A stretch of 64,000 nucleotides of DNA from Clostridia bacterium (GCA_045586685.1 JAZNAU010000009.1:22420-86419); one strand, 5' to 3'; shown: positions 10,964-20,935, counted from the first letter of the stretch. Translations and numbers: made by a program. Notes: a model not told the origin generated them from the letters alone.

Positions 10964-12070
10964 CTAAGAAATGAAACGGTAAACATCTCCGCCCAAATTC
11001 ATTACCAATCCTTTTATTTCCATCATCATAAGCGCAGACAAAACCTGTGGTCCTGGCAGATTCACATACTCGGTCAAGTCATCAATAAACAACTGACCGT
11101 GATACTGCAACACCTCTGCAATTTTCCGTTCTGCCGGAGGTAGTCCGTCCAAATCCATCTCTGTTTTTTCTTCTTTTGGAGCGTCAACAATCTCCCAATG
11201 AAACACTTCGTAAATATCCGTAGGACTCATCACAGGACGAGCACCGTCAAACAGTAACCGGTTACTTCCTACATGATTGTAAGAATAAATACTTCCCGGA
11301 ACTGCAAATACTTCTTTATTTTCCTCTAATGCCCGATTGGCAGTAATCAATGCACCGCTTGTTTTTGGTGCTTCCACCACTAAGGTTCCTTCTGAAATCC
11401 CCGCCATAATTCGGTTACGAATGGGAAAATGATGTGCATAGGGACGGGAACCGGGAGGATATTCACTGAGTATCAAGCCGGTCTGAATCAGTTTTTCCAT
11501 CAACCCGCTATTATAAGCTGGGTATACCACATCCACTCCGCAGCCTAATACTGCAATGGTTGGTGTGGGCCCTTCCGATGCACCTTTGTTCGCATAAGAA
11601 TCAATCCCTTCTGCCATACCACTGACCACCGTAATCCCATGTTGTGACATTTGTGCCGCAAACTCATAGGCCGTTTTATTTCCTTCTTTGGTGGATTTTC
11701 TCGTTCCTACAATGGTAAACAGGATACTTTTAGAAAAATCAGGAATCTTTCCTTTATAATAAAGCACTACGGGCGGACTGTAAATTTCTTTCAACTGCTT
11801 AGGAAAACGAGGATCTTCATAGGTTAAAATGCCAATTCGTCCTTCCTCACACTGTTTAATAATTTTTTCTGCTTTCTTCAGGCTTTTGTTACACAATGCA
11901 CGTGCTTCTTTTCTTCCTATCTGGCTCATTTCCTGTAATGTTTCTCGGTTTGCCAGTTCATAAACTTTGCGGGCAGAGCCAAACCATTCCAAAACAGGTT
12001 TTACATACCGATTCTCCGCACCCAAGCCTTCTGCTAACCATATCCAGTACAATTCATCCATTGTATTCAC
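10964..12070 (-). CDS. dprA: DNA processing protein DprA (Smf)
   Basis: 368 aa; Rossmann-like core ...TIVGTR..GIDS..; conserved position upstream of topA. Confidence 0.85.
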   Translation of the reverse strand: MNTMDELYWIWLAEGLGAENRYVKPVLEWFGSARKVYELANRETLQEMSQIGRKEARALCNKSLKKAEKIIKQCEEGRIGILTYEDPRFPKQLKEIYSPPVVLYYKGKIPDFSKSILFTIVGTRKSTKEGNKTAYEFAAQMSQHGITVVSGMAEGIDSYANKGASEGPTPTIAVLGCGVDVVYPAYNSGLMEKLIQTGLILSEYPPGSRPYAHHFPIRNRIMAGISEGTLVVEAPKTSGALITANRALEENKEVFAVPGSIYSYNHVGSNRLLFDGARPVMSPTDIYEVFHWEIVDAPKEEKTEMDLDGLPPAERKIAEVLQYHGQLFIDDLTEYVNLPGPQVLSALMMMEIKGLVMNLGGDVYRFIS

Positions 12071-12082
12071 CCAATCAAGAAT

Positions 12083-12838
12083 TTATTTCACATTCCTCTG
12101 ACGGAAGGCCTCATAAGCCGCCACACCAAAGGCAACAGCCGCATTTAAAGACTCGCTTTTGCCCACCATAGGAATTTTTATTTTCTCTTTTGCCATTGTT
12201 AAAACCGCCTGACTCACGCCATGAGCTTCATTTCCCACAACGAGAGCAAAGGCTTTGGTAAAATCAAAATCATAAAGGGAAACAGATTCCTGCAAATCAG
12301 CACAAACAAGATGAAAATCAGAAAGCTGTTCCACATCAGGGACTTTTACAATGGGCAAATCAAATAATGCACCCATAGTAGACCGCACCACTTTAGGACT
12401 GTACACATCCACACAGTCCCCCAACAAAATCACACCGCCAAAACCGGCCGCATCTGCCGTACGAATAATTGTGCCCAGATTTCCCGGGTCGCTCAACCCG
12501 TCACAAACTGCAATAGGCTTATTTTTATCAAGAGATTGCAAATCTGCTTCCGGCTTCTTTGCAACAGCAATAATTCCTTGAGAATGACAGGTATCGGACA
12601 AATCGGACAAAATTCTGTCATCCGCTTCATAACACTCTAAAGCGGTCAATCCCTGTTCGAAATACTCATGACGGGCAAACACCCATTGCAAGGGGATTCC
12701 CTTTTTCAAAGCATCAAATACCAGCCGTTCTCCTTCCAACAAAAACAAACCCGTTTTCTCGCGGTGGTTTTTTTTCAGAAGCTTTTTGGTTTCGGACACC
12801 TTTCGGTTATCCCGACTTGTAATCTTTTTCACCGTCAA
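12083..12838 (-). CDS. RNA 2'-O-methyltransferase, TrmH/SpoU family (RlmB-like)
   Basis: SPOUT motifs DPGNLGTIIRTADAAG and GNEAHGVS; start placed at TTG (LTVKK...) with AAGGAG RBS 8 nt upstream, whereas the ORF-track ATG at 12904 adds 22 aa. Confidence 0.7.
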   Translation of the reverse strand: MTVKKITSRDNRKVSETKKLLKKNHREKTGLFLLEGERLVFDALKKGIPLQWVFARHEYFEQGLTALECYEADDRILSDLSDTCHSQGIIAVAKKPEADLQSLDKNKPIAVCDGLSDPGNLGTIIRTADAAGFGGVILLGDCVDVYSPKVVRSTMGALFDLPIVKVPDVEQLSDFHLVCADLQESVSLYDFDFTKAFALVVGNEAHGVSQAVLTMAKEKIKIPMVGKSESLNAAVAFGVAAYEAFRQRNVK

Positions 12839-12952
12839 CCTTATCGCTCCTTTTGTTTTTACAGGATTAGCCCTCGGCGCACCTTTTGCACCGAAGGCTG
12901 TCAATAAAATTTTAGACCCGCTAATACAACGGATCTAAAAATTCGGTTCTTA

Positions 12953-13306
12953 TTACAGGCTTGCTTTTGCAGTTTCAACCAACTTAGCAAAACCTTCAGC
13001 ATCATGAATTGCCAGTTCGGAAAGCATTTTACGGTTCATCACGATACCTGCCTTCTTCAGACCGTTCATAAAAGTAGAGTAGTTCATGCCGTTCATTTTA
13101 GCGGCTGCACTGATACGTGCAATCCACAGCTTTCTGAATTCTCTCTTCTTTTGCTTTCTACCAACATATGCAAAAGCCAAAGATCTCATTACTGCTTGGT
13201 TCGCAATTCTGTATTGCTTTCCTTGAGCGCCTCTGAAACCTTTTGCAAGTTTCAATACTTTCTTATGTCTTTTTCTGGTGGCCATAGCACCTTTTACTCT
13301 TGCCAT
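12953..13306 (-). CDS. rplT: 50S ribosomal protein L20
   Basis: 117 aa [26 protein letters not shown]... Confidence 0.95.
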   Translation of the reverse strand: MARVKGAMATRKRHKKVLKLAKGFRGAQGKQYRIANQAVMRSLAFAYVGRKQKKREFRKLWIARISAAAKMNGMNYSTFMNGLKKAGIVMNRKMLSELAIHDAEGFAKLVETAKASL

Positions 13307-13327
13307 TTTGTTCTCCTCCTATTCGGC

Positions 13328-13525
13328 TTATTTGTAAGGAATCAATTTCTTTACGGTTGCTGCGTTTGCAACACTTGCATAGCCCGGCTTACGCAGACCT
13401 CTTTTTCTCTTGGTGGATTTCTTTGTCAGAATATGACTGCGAAATGCTTTTCCTCTTTTAACTTTACCGGTTTTTGTAAGTGAAAAGCGCTTTGCCGCAC
13501 CTCTGTGAGTTTTAATCTTAGGCAT
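13328..13525 (-). CDS. rpmI: 50S ribosomal protein L35
   Basis: 65 aa [14 protein letters not shown]... Confidence 0.95.
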   Translation of the reverse strand: MPKIKTHRGAAKRFSLTKTGKVKRGKAFRSHILTKKSTKRKRGLRKPGYASVANAATVKKLIPYK

Positions 13526-13580
13526 TTTAATAACTCCTTCCCTTGCTTGAATTTTTAAATTTCAGCCCTCTGCAAGTAAT

Positions 13581-14096
13581 TTACTTTTGAGCAGTAGGCG
13601 CAATAAACATTACCATATTTCTGCCTTCCATTTTAGCAGGACGATCTACTGTGCCGAATCCTTCCACACCGTCTTTAAATCTGTCAAGCAACGTGGTTCC
13701 CAATGCAGTATGCTGCATTTCCCGACCGCGGAAACGAACCGCAACCTTTACCTTATCGCCGGATTTCAAAAACTTCAGCGCATTATTCAGCTTGGTTTCA
13801 AAATCGTGAGTATCAATGGAGGGAGACAGACGAACCTCTTTTACTTCTACAATCTTTTGATTCTTTCTGGCTTCCTTTTCCCGTTTGGCAAGCTCAAATT
13901 TATACTTACCATAGTCCATAATTTTGCAAACCGGAGGTTTTCCCTGAGGCGCAATCAACACCAGGTCCAAATCTTTTTCAACCGCCAGCTTTTTTGCTGC
14001 CGTACTGGTCATGATTCCTAGCTGATCCCCGTCAGGTCCAATCACTCTGACTTCTTTCTCACGGATTTCTTCGTTCATGATTATTTCCTTGCTAAT
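13581..14096 (-). CDS. infC: translation initiation factor IF-3, with non-canonical ATT start codon
   Basis: From the ATT codon the N-terminus ISKEIIMNEEIREKEVRVIGPDGDQLGI aligns with B. subtilis IF3 MSKDMLVNDEIRAREVRLIG; GGAGGTG RBS 7 nt upstream of ATT; the ORF-track ATG (14165) has no RBS. Confidence 0.8.
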   Translation of the reverse strand: MSKEIIMNEEIREKEVRVIGPDGDQLGIMTSTAAKKLAVEKDLDLVLIAPQGKPPVCKIMDYGKYKFELAKREKEARKNQKIVEVKEVRLSPSIDTHDFETKLNNALKFLKSGDKVKVAVRFRGREMQHTALGTTLLDRFKDGVEGFGTVDRPAKMEGRNMVMFIAPTAQK

Positions 14097-14099
14097 AAC

Positions 14100-14281
14100 A
14101 GTACACCTCCCAAAAAAATAAAACAGACAAGCCCTTCGCCTGTCCGTCCAACGATACAAAGACACATATCCCTATGTGTTCCTTGCTCTATTAACCCGGA
14201 CGAACAAAATCGCAAAGGTGAGAAACTAACGTTTCTTCTTGATTTCTCAATTATTCTACCACAGTTTCCCTCCTCTGTCAA
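14100..14281 (-). promoter_or_regulatory. infC-rpmI-rplT leader region (candidate ribosomal protein L20 leader) with promoter TTGACA-17-TAGAAT
   Basis: -35 TTGACA (14276-14281) and -10 TAGAAT (14253-14258) on the minus strand; about 150-nt leader with attenuator, as in the Firmicutes L20-regulated infC operon. Confidence 0.5.
14109..14146 (-). terminator. attenuator terminator inside infC leader (L20-type autoregulatory leader)
   Basis: minus-strand hairpin gacaggc-gaagg-gcttgtc followed by uguuuuauuuuuuu, located between the promoter and the infC RBS. Confidence 0.5.
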
Positions 14282-14382
14282 GGGTTTTTTAAAAAAAATA
14301 TGTAAAAATCATAAAAACATGTTTTCATCTTGACTATCTGAAAAAAAGGGGGTAAAATAAAATATTGTGGAGGTTGATACAA

Positions 14383-15291
14383 ATGAAAAATACGAAATTG
14401 AAGGGAAATTTAATTTTACTGCTGACGGCGTTGGTTTGGGGAATTTCTTTTATTTCCCAAAGCAAGGGTGTGGAATTGATTTCACCCGTTACCTTCAACG
14501 GTGTACGATGTATGTTGGGAGCCCTTGTGCTGGTTCCTGTTATCTTGTTTTTGGATAACAACAAAAAAAGAAAGGGAATGTCTGTACAGAGAATTGATAA
14601 AAACCTTCTGATTGGCGGAATTGTTTGCGGTACCTTTTTATGTCTGGCAAGCACTCTCCAAACCGCCGGTATGGTTTACACCAGCCCGGGAAAATCAGGG
14701 TTTATCACCGCTCTTTATATGATCATTATTCCCATCTTGGGTCTTTTTATGGGAAAACGTCCCTCCACTGCAATTCTGATATCTGTCTTGATTGCAACGG
14801 CGGGAATGTATCTGATGTGTATTGACTCTGCTTTCACCATCAATAAAGGAGATGTTTTGACCTTAGGGTGTGCCTTTTTGTTTTCCGGACATATTCTTGC
14901 CATTGACTACTTTTCTCCAAAAGTCGATGGTGTGAAGCTTGCCTGTCTGCAGTTTTTTGTATCGGGTCTCTTCAATCTTACTTATATGTTTTGTTTTGAA
15001 GAACCACAGCTTCTTCCTATTTTAAATTGTTGGGGTGCTATTGGCTATTCCGGAATTATGTCCTGCGGAGTTGCTTACACCCTCCAGATTGTAGGACAAA
15101 AATATACCGACCCCACCTCAGCATCCATTATTATGAGTTTAGAATCGGTATTTGCTACTCTGTCCACCGTCTTTTTGATTGCCTTGGGTTGGAATTTAAC
15201 AGGCGGTGCGCTAACAACAAGAGAAATCCTCGGTTGTATCCTCATGTTTATCGCAATTATCTTGGTTCAGCTTCCTGAAAAAAAGAGATAA
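14383..15291 (+). CDS. DMT superfamily (EamA-like) transporter
   Basis: 10 predicted transmembrane segments arranged as two EamA-like repeats; GGAGG RBS 8 nt before the ATG at 14383. Confidence 0.75.
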   Translation: MKNTKLKGNLILLLTALVWGISFISQSKGVELISPVTFNGVRCMLGALVLVPVILFLDNNKKRKGMSVQRIDKNLLIGGIVCGTFLCLASTLQTAGMVYTSPGKSGFITALYMIIIPILGLFMGKRPSTAILISVLIATAGMYLMCIDSAFTINKGDVLTLGCAFLFSGHILAIDYFSPKVDGVKLACLQFFVSGLFNLTYMFCFEEPQLLPILNCWGAIGYSGIMSCGVAYTLQIVGQKYTDPTSASIIMSLESVFATLSTVFLIALGWNLTGGALTTREILGCILMFIAIILVQLPEKKR

Positions 15292-15424
15292 TTTTGTCGA
15301 AAAAACAACTTGACTTTCTACCTTATGTATGCTACCATAATATTAACAAATTGTGAACACCTTCAAAAGAGGATGTTAATCTAGTTTTTGAAGGACGTTA
15401 CAAAAAATACAAAGGAGGTTTAAA

Positions 15425-17047
15425 ATGAAGATTTTAAACAAGAAAAAGCTGTTAACCCTCTTTGTCTCCATCCTGTGTTTGCTTGCGACTGCAACCGTTG
15501 TATTGGCAACAGGCGAAGGCGAAGAACCCGTAAGCAAGCTGTATGCTACCTTCTGGGCATTGGTTCCCCCGTTGGTTGCCATCGCACTTGCTCTCATTAC
15601 CAAGGAAGTATATTCCTCCCTGTTTATCGGAATTGTACTGGGCGGGCTTCTTTCTGCAAACTTTAACCCCATTGGTGCTCTGGATAATGTACTGAACGAA
15701 GGTATTATTGCTGCCGTTTCCGGTACAGCCGGTATTTTTGTTTTTCTGGTTATCTTAGGTGCTATGGTTGCTCTCATCAACAAAGCCGGTGGTTCTGCTG
15801 CTTTCGGCCGTTGGGCTGAAGTACACATCAAAACCCGTGTTGGTGCTATGTTTGCTACCTTTATCTTAGGTGTTTTGATTTTTATTGATGACTATTTTAA
15901 CTGTCTCACCGTCGGCGGCGTAATGCGTCCTGTTACTGACAGACACAAAATTTCCCGTGCAAAGCTTGCATTTTTAATTGACGCAACTGCGGCTCCTGTC
16001 TGCATGATTGCCCCTGTTTCCTCCTGGGCGGCTGCAGTTTCCAAATTCACAGAAGGCACAGGTTTTTCCGGAATTGAGTTGTTTGTTCGTGCCATTCCCT
16101 ATAACTTTTATTCTTTGCTGATGTTCGTGTTTATTATCGCCATCACATTGATGAAGTTTGATTACGGTCCCATGAAACTGCATGAATTTAATGCAATGAA
16201 CAAAGGTGATTTATTTACAAGCGGAAAAGAGGATATTGCCGCAGAAGTGGAAACAGAGGCAAATCCAAAGGGTCGTGTGATGGACCTGATTTTGCCGGTT
16301 ATCGTTTTGGTTATCATGTCTATCGTGGGTCTGATTTATGTGGGCGGTTTCTTTGCCGGAGATGACTTTATCACCGCCTTTGGTAACACTGATGCAACGG
16401 TAGGGTTGCCTTGGGGTTCCATTGTTGCATTGATTGTCACTATTATTTATCTGATGGCAAGAAGAGTCATTACCTTCAAAGAAGCTATGGAATGTATTCC
16501 CAAGGGTTTTAACGCCATGGTTCCCGCCATTCTCATTTTGACCTTTGCAACCGCTCTTAAGAACATGACAGGACTGTTAGGTGCTGCAGAATTTGTTGAA
16601 CTGCTAATGGATTCTGCCGCTGCAGGATTGGCAAACTTCTTGCCTGCTATTATCTTCCTGGTTGCTTGCGGACTGTCCTTCTCCACCGGTACTTCCTGGG
16701 GAACCTTCGGTATTCTGATTCCTATCGTTACCGCAATTTTCGACCCTACAAGCGAACTGCTGATTATCGGCGTATCAGCATGTCTGGCTGGTGCCGTATG
16801 CGGTGACCACTGCTCTCCTATTTCAGACACAACCATTATGTCCTCTGCAGGAAGCCAATCAAACCACATCAACCATGTTTCCACTCAGCTGCCTTATGCC
16901 ATTACAGTAGCATTGATTTCCTTTGTTGTTTACTTACTGGCAGCACTGGTACAAAATGCATTCGTACTGTTGCCTGTGGGTATTATTCTGACACTGGTTA
17001 CACTCTTTGTCATCAAACAGGTAAGCGGTAAAAAATCAGTCGAATAA
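15425..17047 (+). CDS. Na+/H+ antiporter, NhaC family
   Basis: 540 aa polytopic membrane protein with NhaC-like composition; AGGAGG RBS upstream. Confidence 0.7.
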   Translation: MKILNKKKLLTLFVSILCLLATATVVLATGEGEEPVSKLYATFWALVPPLVAIALALITKEVYSSLFIGIVLGGLLSANFNPIGALDNVLNEGIIAAVSGTAGIFVFLVILGAMVALINKAGGSAAFGRWAEVHIKTRVGAMFATFILGVLIFIDDYFNCLTVGGVMRPVTDRHKISRAKLAFLIDATAAPVCMIAPVSSWAAAVSKFTEGTGFSGIELFVRAIPYNFYSLLMFVFIIAITLMKFDYGPMKLHEFNAMNKGDLFTSGKEDIAAEVETEANPKGRVMDLILPVIVLVIMSIVGLIYVGGFFAGDDFITAFGNTDATVGLPWGSIVALIVTIIYLMARRVITFKEAMECIPKGFNAMVPAILILTFATALKNMTGLLGAAEFVELLMDSAAAGLANFLPAIIFLVACGLSFSTGTSWGTFGILIPIVTAIFDPTSELLIIGVSACLAGAVCGDHCSPISDTTIMSSAGSQSNHINHVSTQLPYAITVALISFVVYLLAALVQNAFVLLPVGIILTLVTLFVIKQVSGKKSVE

Positions 17048-17108
17048 TCTTTCATAAAAAACCACTCCGAAGAGTATCTTCGGAGTGATTTTTATATAAC
17101 CTATTGAT

Positions 17109-18455
17109 TTATGCAAGTCCCATTACTTTCAGCACGATATAGATAACAAACAATGCAACGGATACCCACATAACACCGCTGATTTCCTTAACCTTGCCAA
17201 TGATGAGCTTCAAGATAACCCATGCCAGCATACCAAACATAATACCATTTGCAATGGAATAGGTCAGAGGCATCATAACGATTGCCAGGAATGCACCGAT
17301 AGTATCAGCAGCATCACCGTTGAAGTCAACCTTCTTTACAGAAGAAAGCATCAAAAGACCAACATACAGCATTGCAGGAGTGGTAGCAAAACCGGGAATT
17401 GCTGTGAAAACAGGAGCCAGAACCAAGGATACAAAGAACAGCAAGCCTGTTACAACAGATGCAAGCCCTGTTTTACCGCCGGCTGCAACACCTGCGCTGG
17501 ATTCAACATAGCTTGTAACAGTAGAAGTACCTAAAACAGCACCAACAGTAGTACCTACAGCATCAGCCATCAAAGCACCGCCTGCATTAGGCAGTTTTCC
17601 TTCTTCATCCAATAAATCGCCTTTTTCTGCAACACCGATTAAGGTACCAACGGTATCAAAAATATCGGTGTATAAGAAAGTGAACATAATCAAAAGGAAA
17701 GCGGGCAGATTCTTTGCAATAAATCCAAAATCAAACTCACAGAACAAGGGAGCTTTAAAAGCGTCCAAGCTGAAGCTTGGGATAACAGAATAAACACCTG
17801 CTTCAATATCAACTACATACCAACCAACTAATTCTGCAACAATACCAAAAATCCAGGTAATGATGATACCCAGCAAAATACTTCCGGGAACCTTGAAATG
17901 ATCCAAAACACCGATAATCAGCAAACCAGCCAGTGCCAATACAACACCGGGAGATGCCAGATCTCCTAATGCAACAGTAGTTGCAGGGTCAGCCACCACA
18001 ATTTTGGCATTGATCAATGCAATAATGGTGATAAACAGTCCAATTCCGGCTGTGATACCAAATTTCAGGTTGTTAGGGATGGTGTTCACCAGAGCTTCAC
18101 GGAACTTGAACAGGGAAAGTATCATGAAAATAATACCTTCAAATAAAATTGCCGTTAACGCTACCTGATAAGAGTAGCCCATTGCACCGCATACGGTAAA
18201 AGCAAAAAACGCATTCAGACCCATACCGGAAGCCAAAGCTACAGGATAGTTGGCAAAGAATGCCATGCACAGTGTTGCGATCCCTGCGGAGATTGCAGTT
18301 GCAGAAAACGCAGCACCTCTATTGATGCCCGCAATTTCCATGTAATTGGGATTTACCGCTAAGATATACGCCATTGCAAGGAATGTGGTAATACCCGCGA
18401 TAATCTCCGTGCGAACGCTACTGCCGCGTTCTTTGATTTTAAAAAACTTTTCCAT
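17109..18455 (-). CDS. NCS2 family purine permease (PbuG/AzgA-like hypoxanthine/guanine permease)
   Basis: N-terminus MEKFFKIKERGSSVRTEIIAGITTFLAMAYILAVNP closely matches PbuG; start set at ATG 18455 with GAGGAG RBS. Confidence 0.8.
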   Translation of the reverse strand: MEKFFKIKERGSSVRTEIIAGITTFLAMAYILAVNPNYMEIAGINRGAAFSATAISAGIATLCMAFFANYPVALASGMGLNAFFAFTVCGAMGYSYQVALTAILFEGIIFMILSLFKFREALVNTIPNNLKFGITAGIGLFITIIALINAKIVVADPATTVALGDLASPGVVLALAGLLIIGVLDHFKVPGSILLGIIITWIFGIVAELVGWYVVDIEAGVYSVIPSFSLDAFKAPLFCEFDFGFIAKNLPAFLLIMFTFLYTDIFDTVGTLIGVAEKGDLLDEEGKLPNAGGALMADAVGTTVGAVLGTSTVTSYVESSAGVAAGGKTGLASVVTGLLFFVSLVLAPVFTAIPGFATTPAMLYVGLLMLSSVKKVDFNGDAADTIGAFLAIVMMPLTYSIANGIMFGMLAWVILKLIIGKVKEISGVMWVSVALFVIYIVLKVMGLA

Positions 18456-18493
18456 AGAGATTTCACTCCTCAATAAAATATTTTTACACTTTA

Positions 18494-18522
18494 ATTTTAC
18501 AATATTTTCCCTTCTTTTGCAA
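18494..18522 (-). promoter_or_regulatory. candidate sigma-A promoter of the permease gene (TTGCAA-17-TAAAAT)
   Basis: hexamers read on the minus strand about 40 nt upstream of the start codon. Confidence 0.4.
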
Positions 18523-18641
18523 GTTATTTCGAGAATTTTTGACATTTTGGCACTTTGAACAAGAAATGTATTTTTCATTTGTAAAATATGCCGTAAAAAA
18601 AGAGCCAAACGATTGGCTCCTTCAAGTTCTATGTTGTTCCG

Positions 18642-19292
18642 CTAAAGCACACTTTTTACGGTTGCAACTCCTTGCTCCACTGTAAATTTCACGGTGAATG
18701 TACCAAATGTAAAAGAATAAATTCTATGAGGATCGTCCTGATAAGAAGGCCTAGGGTCTTGCTCCAGTACCTTTGTCAGTGCCACTCTTTGCTCAGAAGT
18801 CAATTCTCCTGTCTCTTCAAAAACAACAGTCAGACGATACTCCCGTACGTCTTCTGCAAATCCGCCTTTGGCATTGGGATAGCTGTCTGCAAAGGACAGA
18901 TAAGGTTTGATGTCATAAATGGGTGTTCCGCTCATCAAATCCGCTCCCCGTACAGTAAGCACTCCCCTTTCAATTTTCTCCAACCGAACCGCTGATAGTC
19001 CCAATCCATTTGGACGGAAAGGAGAACGGGTGGCAAACACGCCCATCCGCTTGTTCCCGCCAAGTCTGGGGGGACGCACCGTGGGTGACCAGCCCTTTGA
19101 TTGGGAAAATCCCCAAATCAGCCAAACGTGAGAAAATTCCTCTAATCCCCGAAATGCCTCCTCTCTGTCAAATTCAGGCTCTATTATAATTCTGGAGGTT
19201 AGCTCGTCAATCAATCCGCTTTGTCTGGGCAAGCCGAACTTTTCCGGAAAATCATTTTCAATTTTTGCAATGACCTGTAATTTCATGTTCAT
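18642..19292 (-). CDS. trmO: tRNA (adenine37-N6)-methyltransferase TrmO (TsaA/YaeB family)
   Basis: YaeB-like core ...HVWLIWGF...RPNGLGLS...; start ATG overlaps xth stop as ATGA. Confidence 0.75.
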   Translation of the reverse strand: MNMKLQVIAKIENDFPEKFGLPRQSGLIDELTSRIIIEPEFDREEAFRGLEEFSHVWLIWGFSQSKGWSPTVRPPRLGGNKRMGVFATRSPFRPNGLGLSAVRLEKIERGVLTVRGADLMSGTPIYDIKPYLSFADSYPNAKGGFAEDVREYRLTVVFEETGELTSEQRVALTKVLEQDPRPSYQDDPHRIYSFTFGTFTVKFTVEQGVATVKSVL

Positions 19293-20050
19293 AACGTTCC
19301 TTTTATACTTAATTCCACCGGACAATGGTCCGACCCGAAAATTTCTGTATGAATGGATGCAGAAGATAATCTGTTTTCCAATGTTTCGGAAATGAGAAAA
19401 TAATCAATCCGCCATCCTGCATTTTTCTCTCTGGCTTTGAATCGGTAAGACCACCAGGAATACATTCCTTCCTTGTGGGGATAAAAATACCGATAGGTGT
19501 CAATAAAACCGCTGTTCAATAACCGACTCATTTTCTCCCGTTCCTGATCGGTAAAGCCCGGGTTGTTTCGATTTGTTTTTGGGTTTTTTAAATCAATTTC
19601 TTTATGTGCTACATTCAAATCTCCGCATAAAATCACGGGTTTTTTCTTCTCTAAGCCTTTCAGATAAAGAAAGAGGTCATCCTCCCACTTCATCCGATAA
19701 TCCAATCGTTTCAATTCATTTTGTGAATTGGGGGTATAGCAAGTTACCACAAAAAATTCCTCAAATTCTGCAGTAATGACCCGACCTTCCCCATCGTGTT
19801 CTTCAATTCCTATCCCATAACAAACAGAGATGGGTTTTGTTTTACAAAAAAGCGCTGTACCAGAATAGCCTTTTTTTTCTGCAAAATTCCAGTATATGTG
19901 ATATTGGGGTAAAAAAAGCTCCGCCTGTCCCTCCTGCATCTTTGTTTCCTGTACACAAAACACATCGGCATCCAAGAAATTTACAATATCCTCAAATCCT
20001 TTTCCCAAACAGGCACGCAACCCGTTTACATTCCAAGAAATCAATTTCAA
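19289..20050 (-). CDS. xth: exodeoxyribonuclease III
   Basis: MKLISWNVNGLRA...QETK... canonical ExoIII N-terminus when started at TTG 20050 with GAGGTGA RBS 5 nt upstream; the ORF-track ATG adds 13 aa. Confidence 0.8.
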   Translation of the reverse strand: MKLISWNVNGLRACLGKGFEDIVNFLDADVFCVQETKMQEGQAELFLPQYHIYWNFAEKKGYSGTALFCKTKPISVCYGIGIEEHDGEGRVITAEFEEFFVVTCYTPNSQNELKRLDYRMKWEDDLFLYLKGLEKKKPVILCGDLNVAHKEIDLKNPKTNRNNPGFTDQEREKMSRLLNSGFIDTYRYFYPHKEGMYSWWSYRFKAREKNAGWRIDYFLISETLENRLSSASIHTEIFGSDHCPVELSIKGTL

Positions 20051-20060
20051 CCATATCACC

Positions 20061-20375
20061 TCATTGCGCTTCTTCATCCAACGCTTCAATATAAAAGCTT
20101 ACAGGTCTGAATCCGTCATTACAGGAAATCATGGCAGATTTTCTGTCCTTCATCCAACCCTCATAAATGTTTTCCCCTCCATGAGAAAGGGTCATGACAA
20201 ATGCAGACATACTCTCCCACGCACTGTCACATAAACCCTCCGGTTTTTTCCAGCCGTTTGCAATAAAAACCTGTCCCTCTTTCAAATCACAAGCATGTGC
20301 AATGGGATTTTCGTATTTGTCAATTAAATCATCATACCGTGCCACTTTCATAACAGTGATTCTGCATTTTTTCAT
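20061..20375 (-). CDS. small conserved hypothetical protein (resembles TIGR04076-type proteins)
   Basis: 104 aa; Cys/Trp-containing pattern C..G..W.KPEGLCDSAW...SCNDGFRPV; overlaps start of the downstream gene by 4 nt. Confidence 0.4.
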   Translation of the reverse strand: MKKCRITVMKVARYDDLIDKYENPIAHACDLKEGQVFIANGWKKPEGLCDSAWESMSAFVMTLSHGGENIYEGWMKDRKSAMISCNDGFRPVSFYIEALDEEAQ

Positions 20376-20935
20376 CTTATCCTAATCTCCTTCAATTGAT
20401 TTCTGCACAGCTTCCAATCAGGACAAACCTTTTCCAATTCTTCGTAAAACTTACTTGAATGATTCCCGTGCAAAAAGTGGGTAAATTCATGCAACACCAC
20501 ATACTCTATACATTCTTTCGGTGCATACATCAAATTTATATTAAAAGTCAGAATCCCTTTTGCCGGATGACAACTCCCCCAACGAGACACCATTTTACGA
20601 AATTTTATCTGGGGATATTTGATGCCAAGACATTGGTAATAAGGATATGCTCTCTGGCAAAGTGCAAGAATAATATCTTGTATTTCCTCCTCTTCAAAAT
20701 ACTTCTTTTGGGGTTTCTCTGAATTATTCTCATTTCGTTCTAGTACTTTCAGAATAAATTCCGCCTTAGACAATACAAATGCATCAATGAACTGTTCAGA
20801 AACGCTTTGATTTGCTGATACATGAACTGTTCCGTCAGACTTAATGCGAAGATTGATATTTTTGACTTTTTTTATCTGAAAGTCATATTGAATGACTCGA
20901 TTTTGAAACACTACTGCTTTTTTCATAATTTCCAA
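20372..20935 (-). CDS. YgjP-like metal-dependent hydrolase (DUF45 / M48-like, HEXXH)
   Basis: 187 aa; HEFTHFLHGNHS zinc motif near the C-terminus. Confidence 0.7.
   Translation of the reverse strand: MEIMKKAVVFQNRVIQYDFQIKKVKNINLRIKSDGTVHVSANQSVSEQFIDAFVLSKAEFILKVLERNENNSEKPQKKYFEEEEIQDIILALCQRAYPYYQCLGIKYPQIKFRKMVSRWGSCHPAKGILTFNINLMYAPKECIEYVVLHEFTHFLHGNHSSKFYEELEKVCPDWKLCRNQLKEIRIR

Noticed and set aside
18456-18640. Purine riboswitch expected upstream of the PbuG-like permease
   Set aside because: The leader (revcomp 18456-18600) lacks the conserved purine aptamer motifs (UAUA...GGAUAUGGC...CCGUAAAU...GACUAUG). Only a promoter and the upstream gene's terminator were seen.
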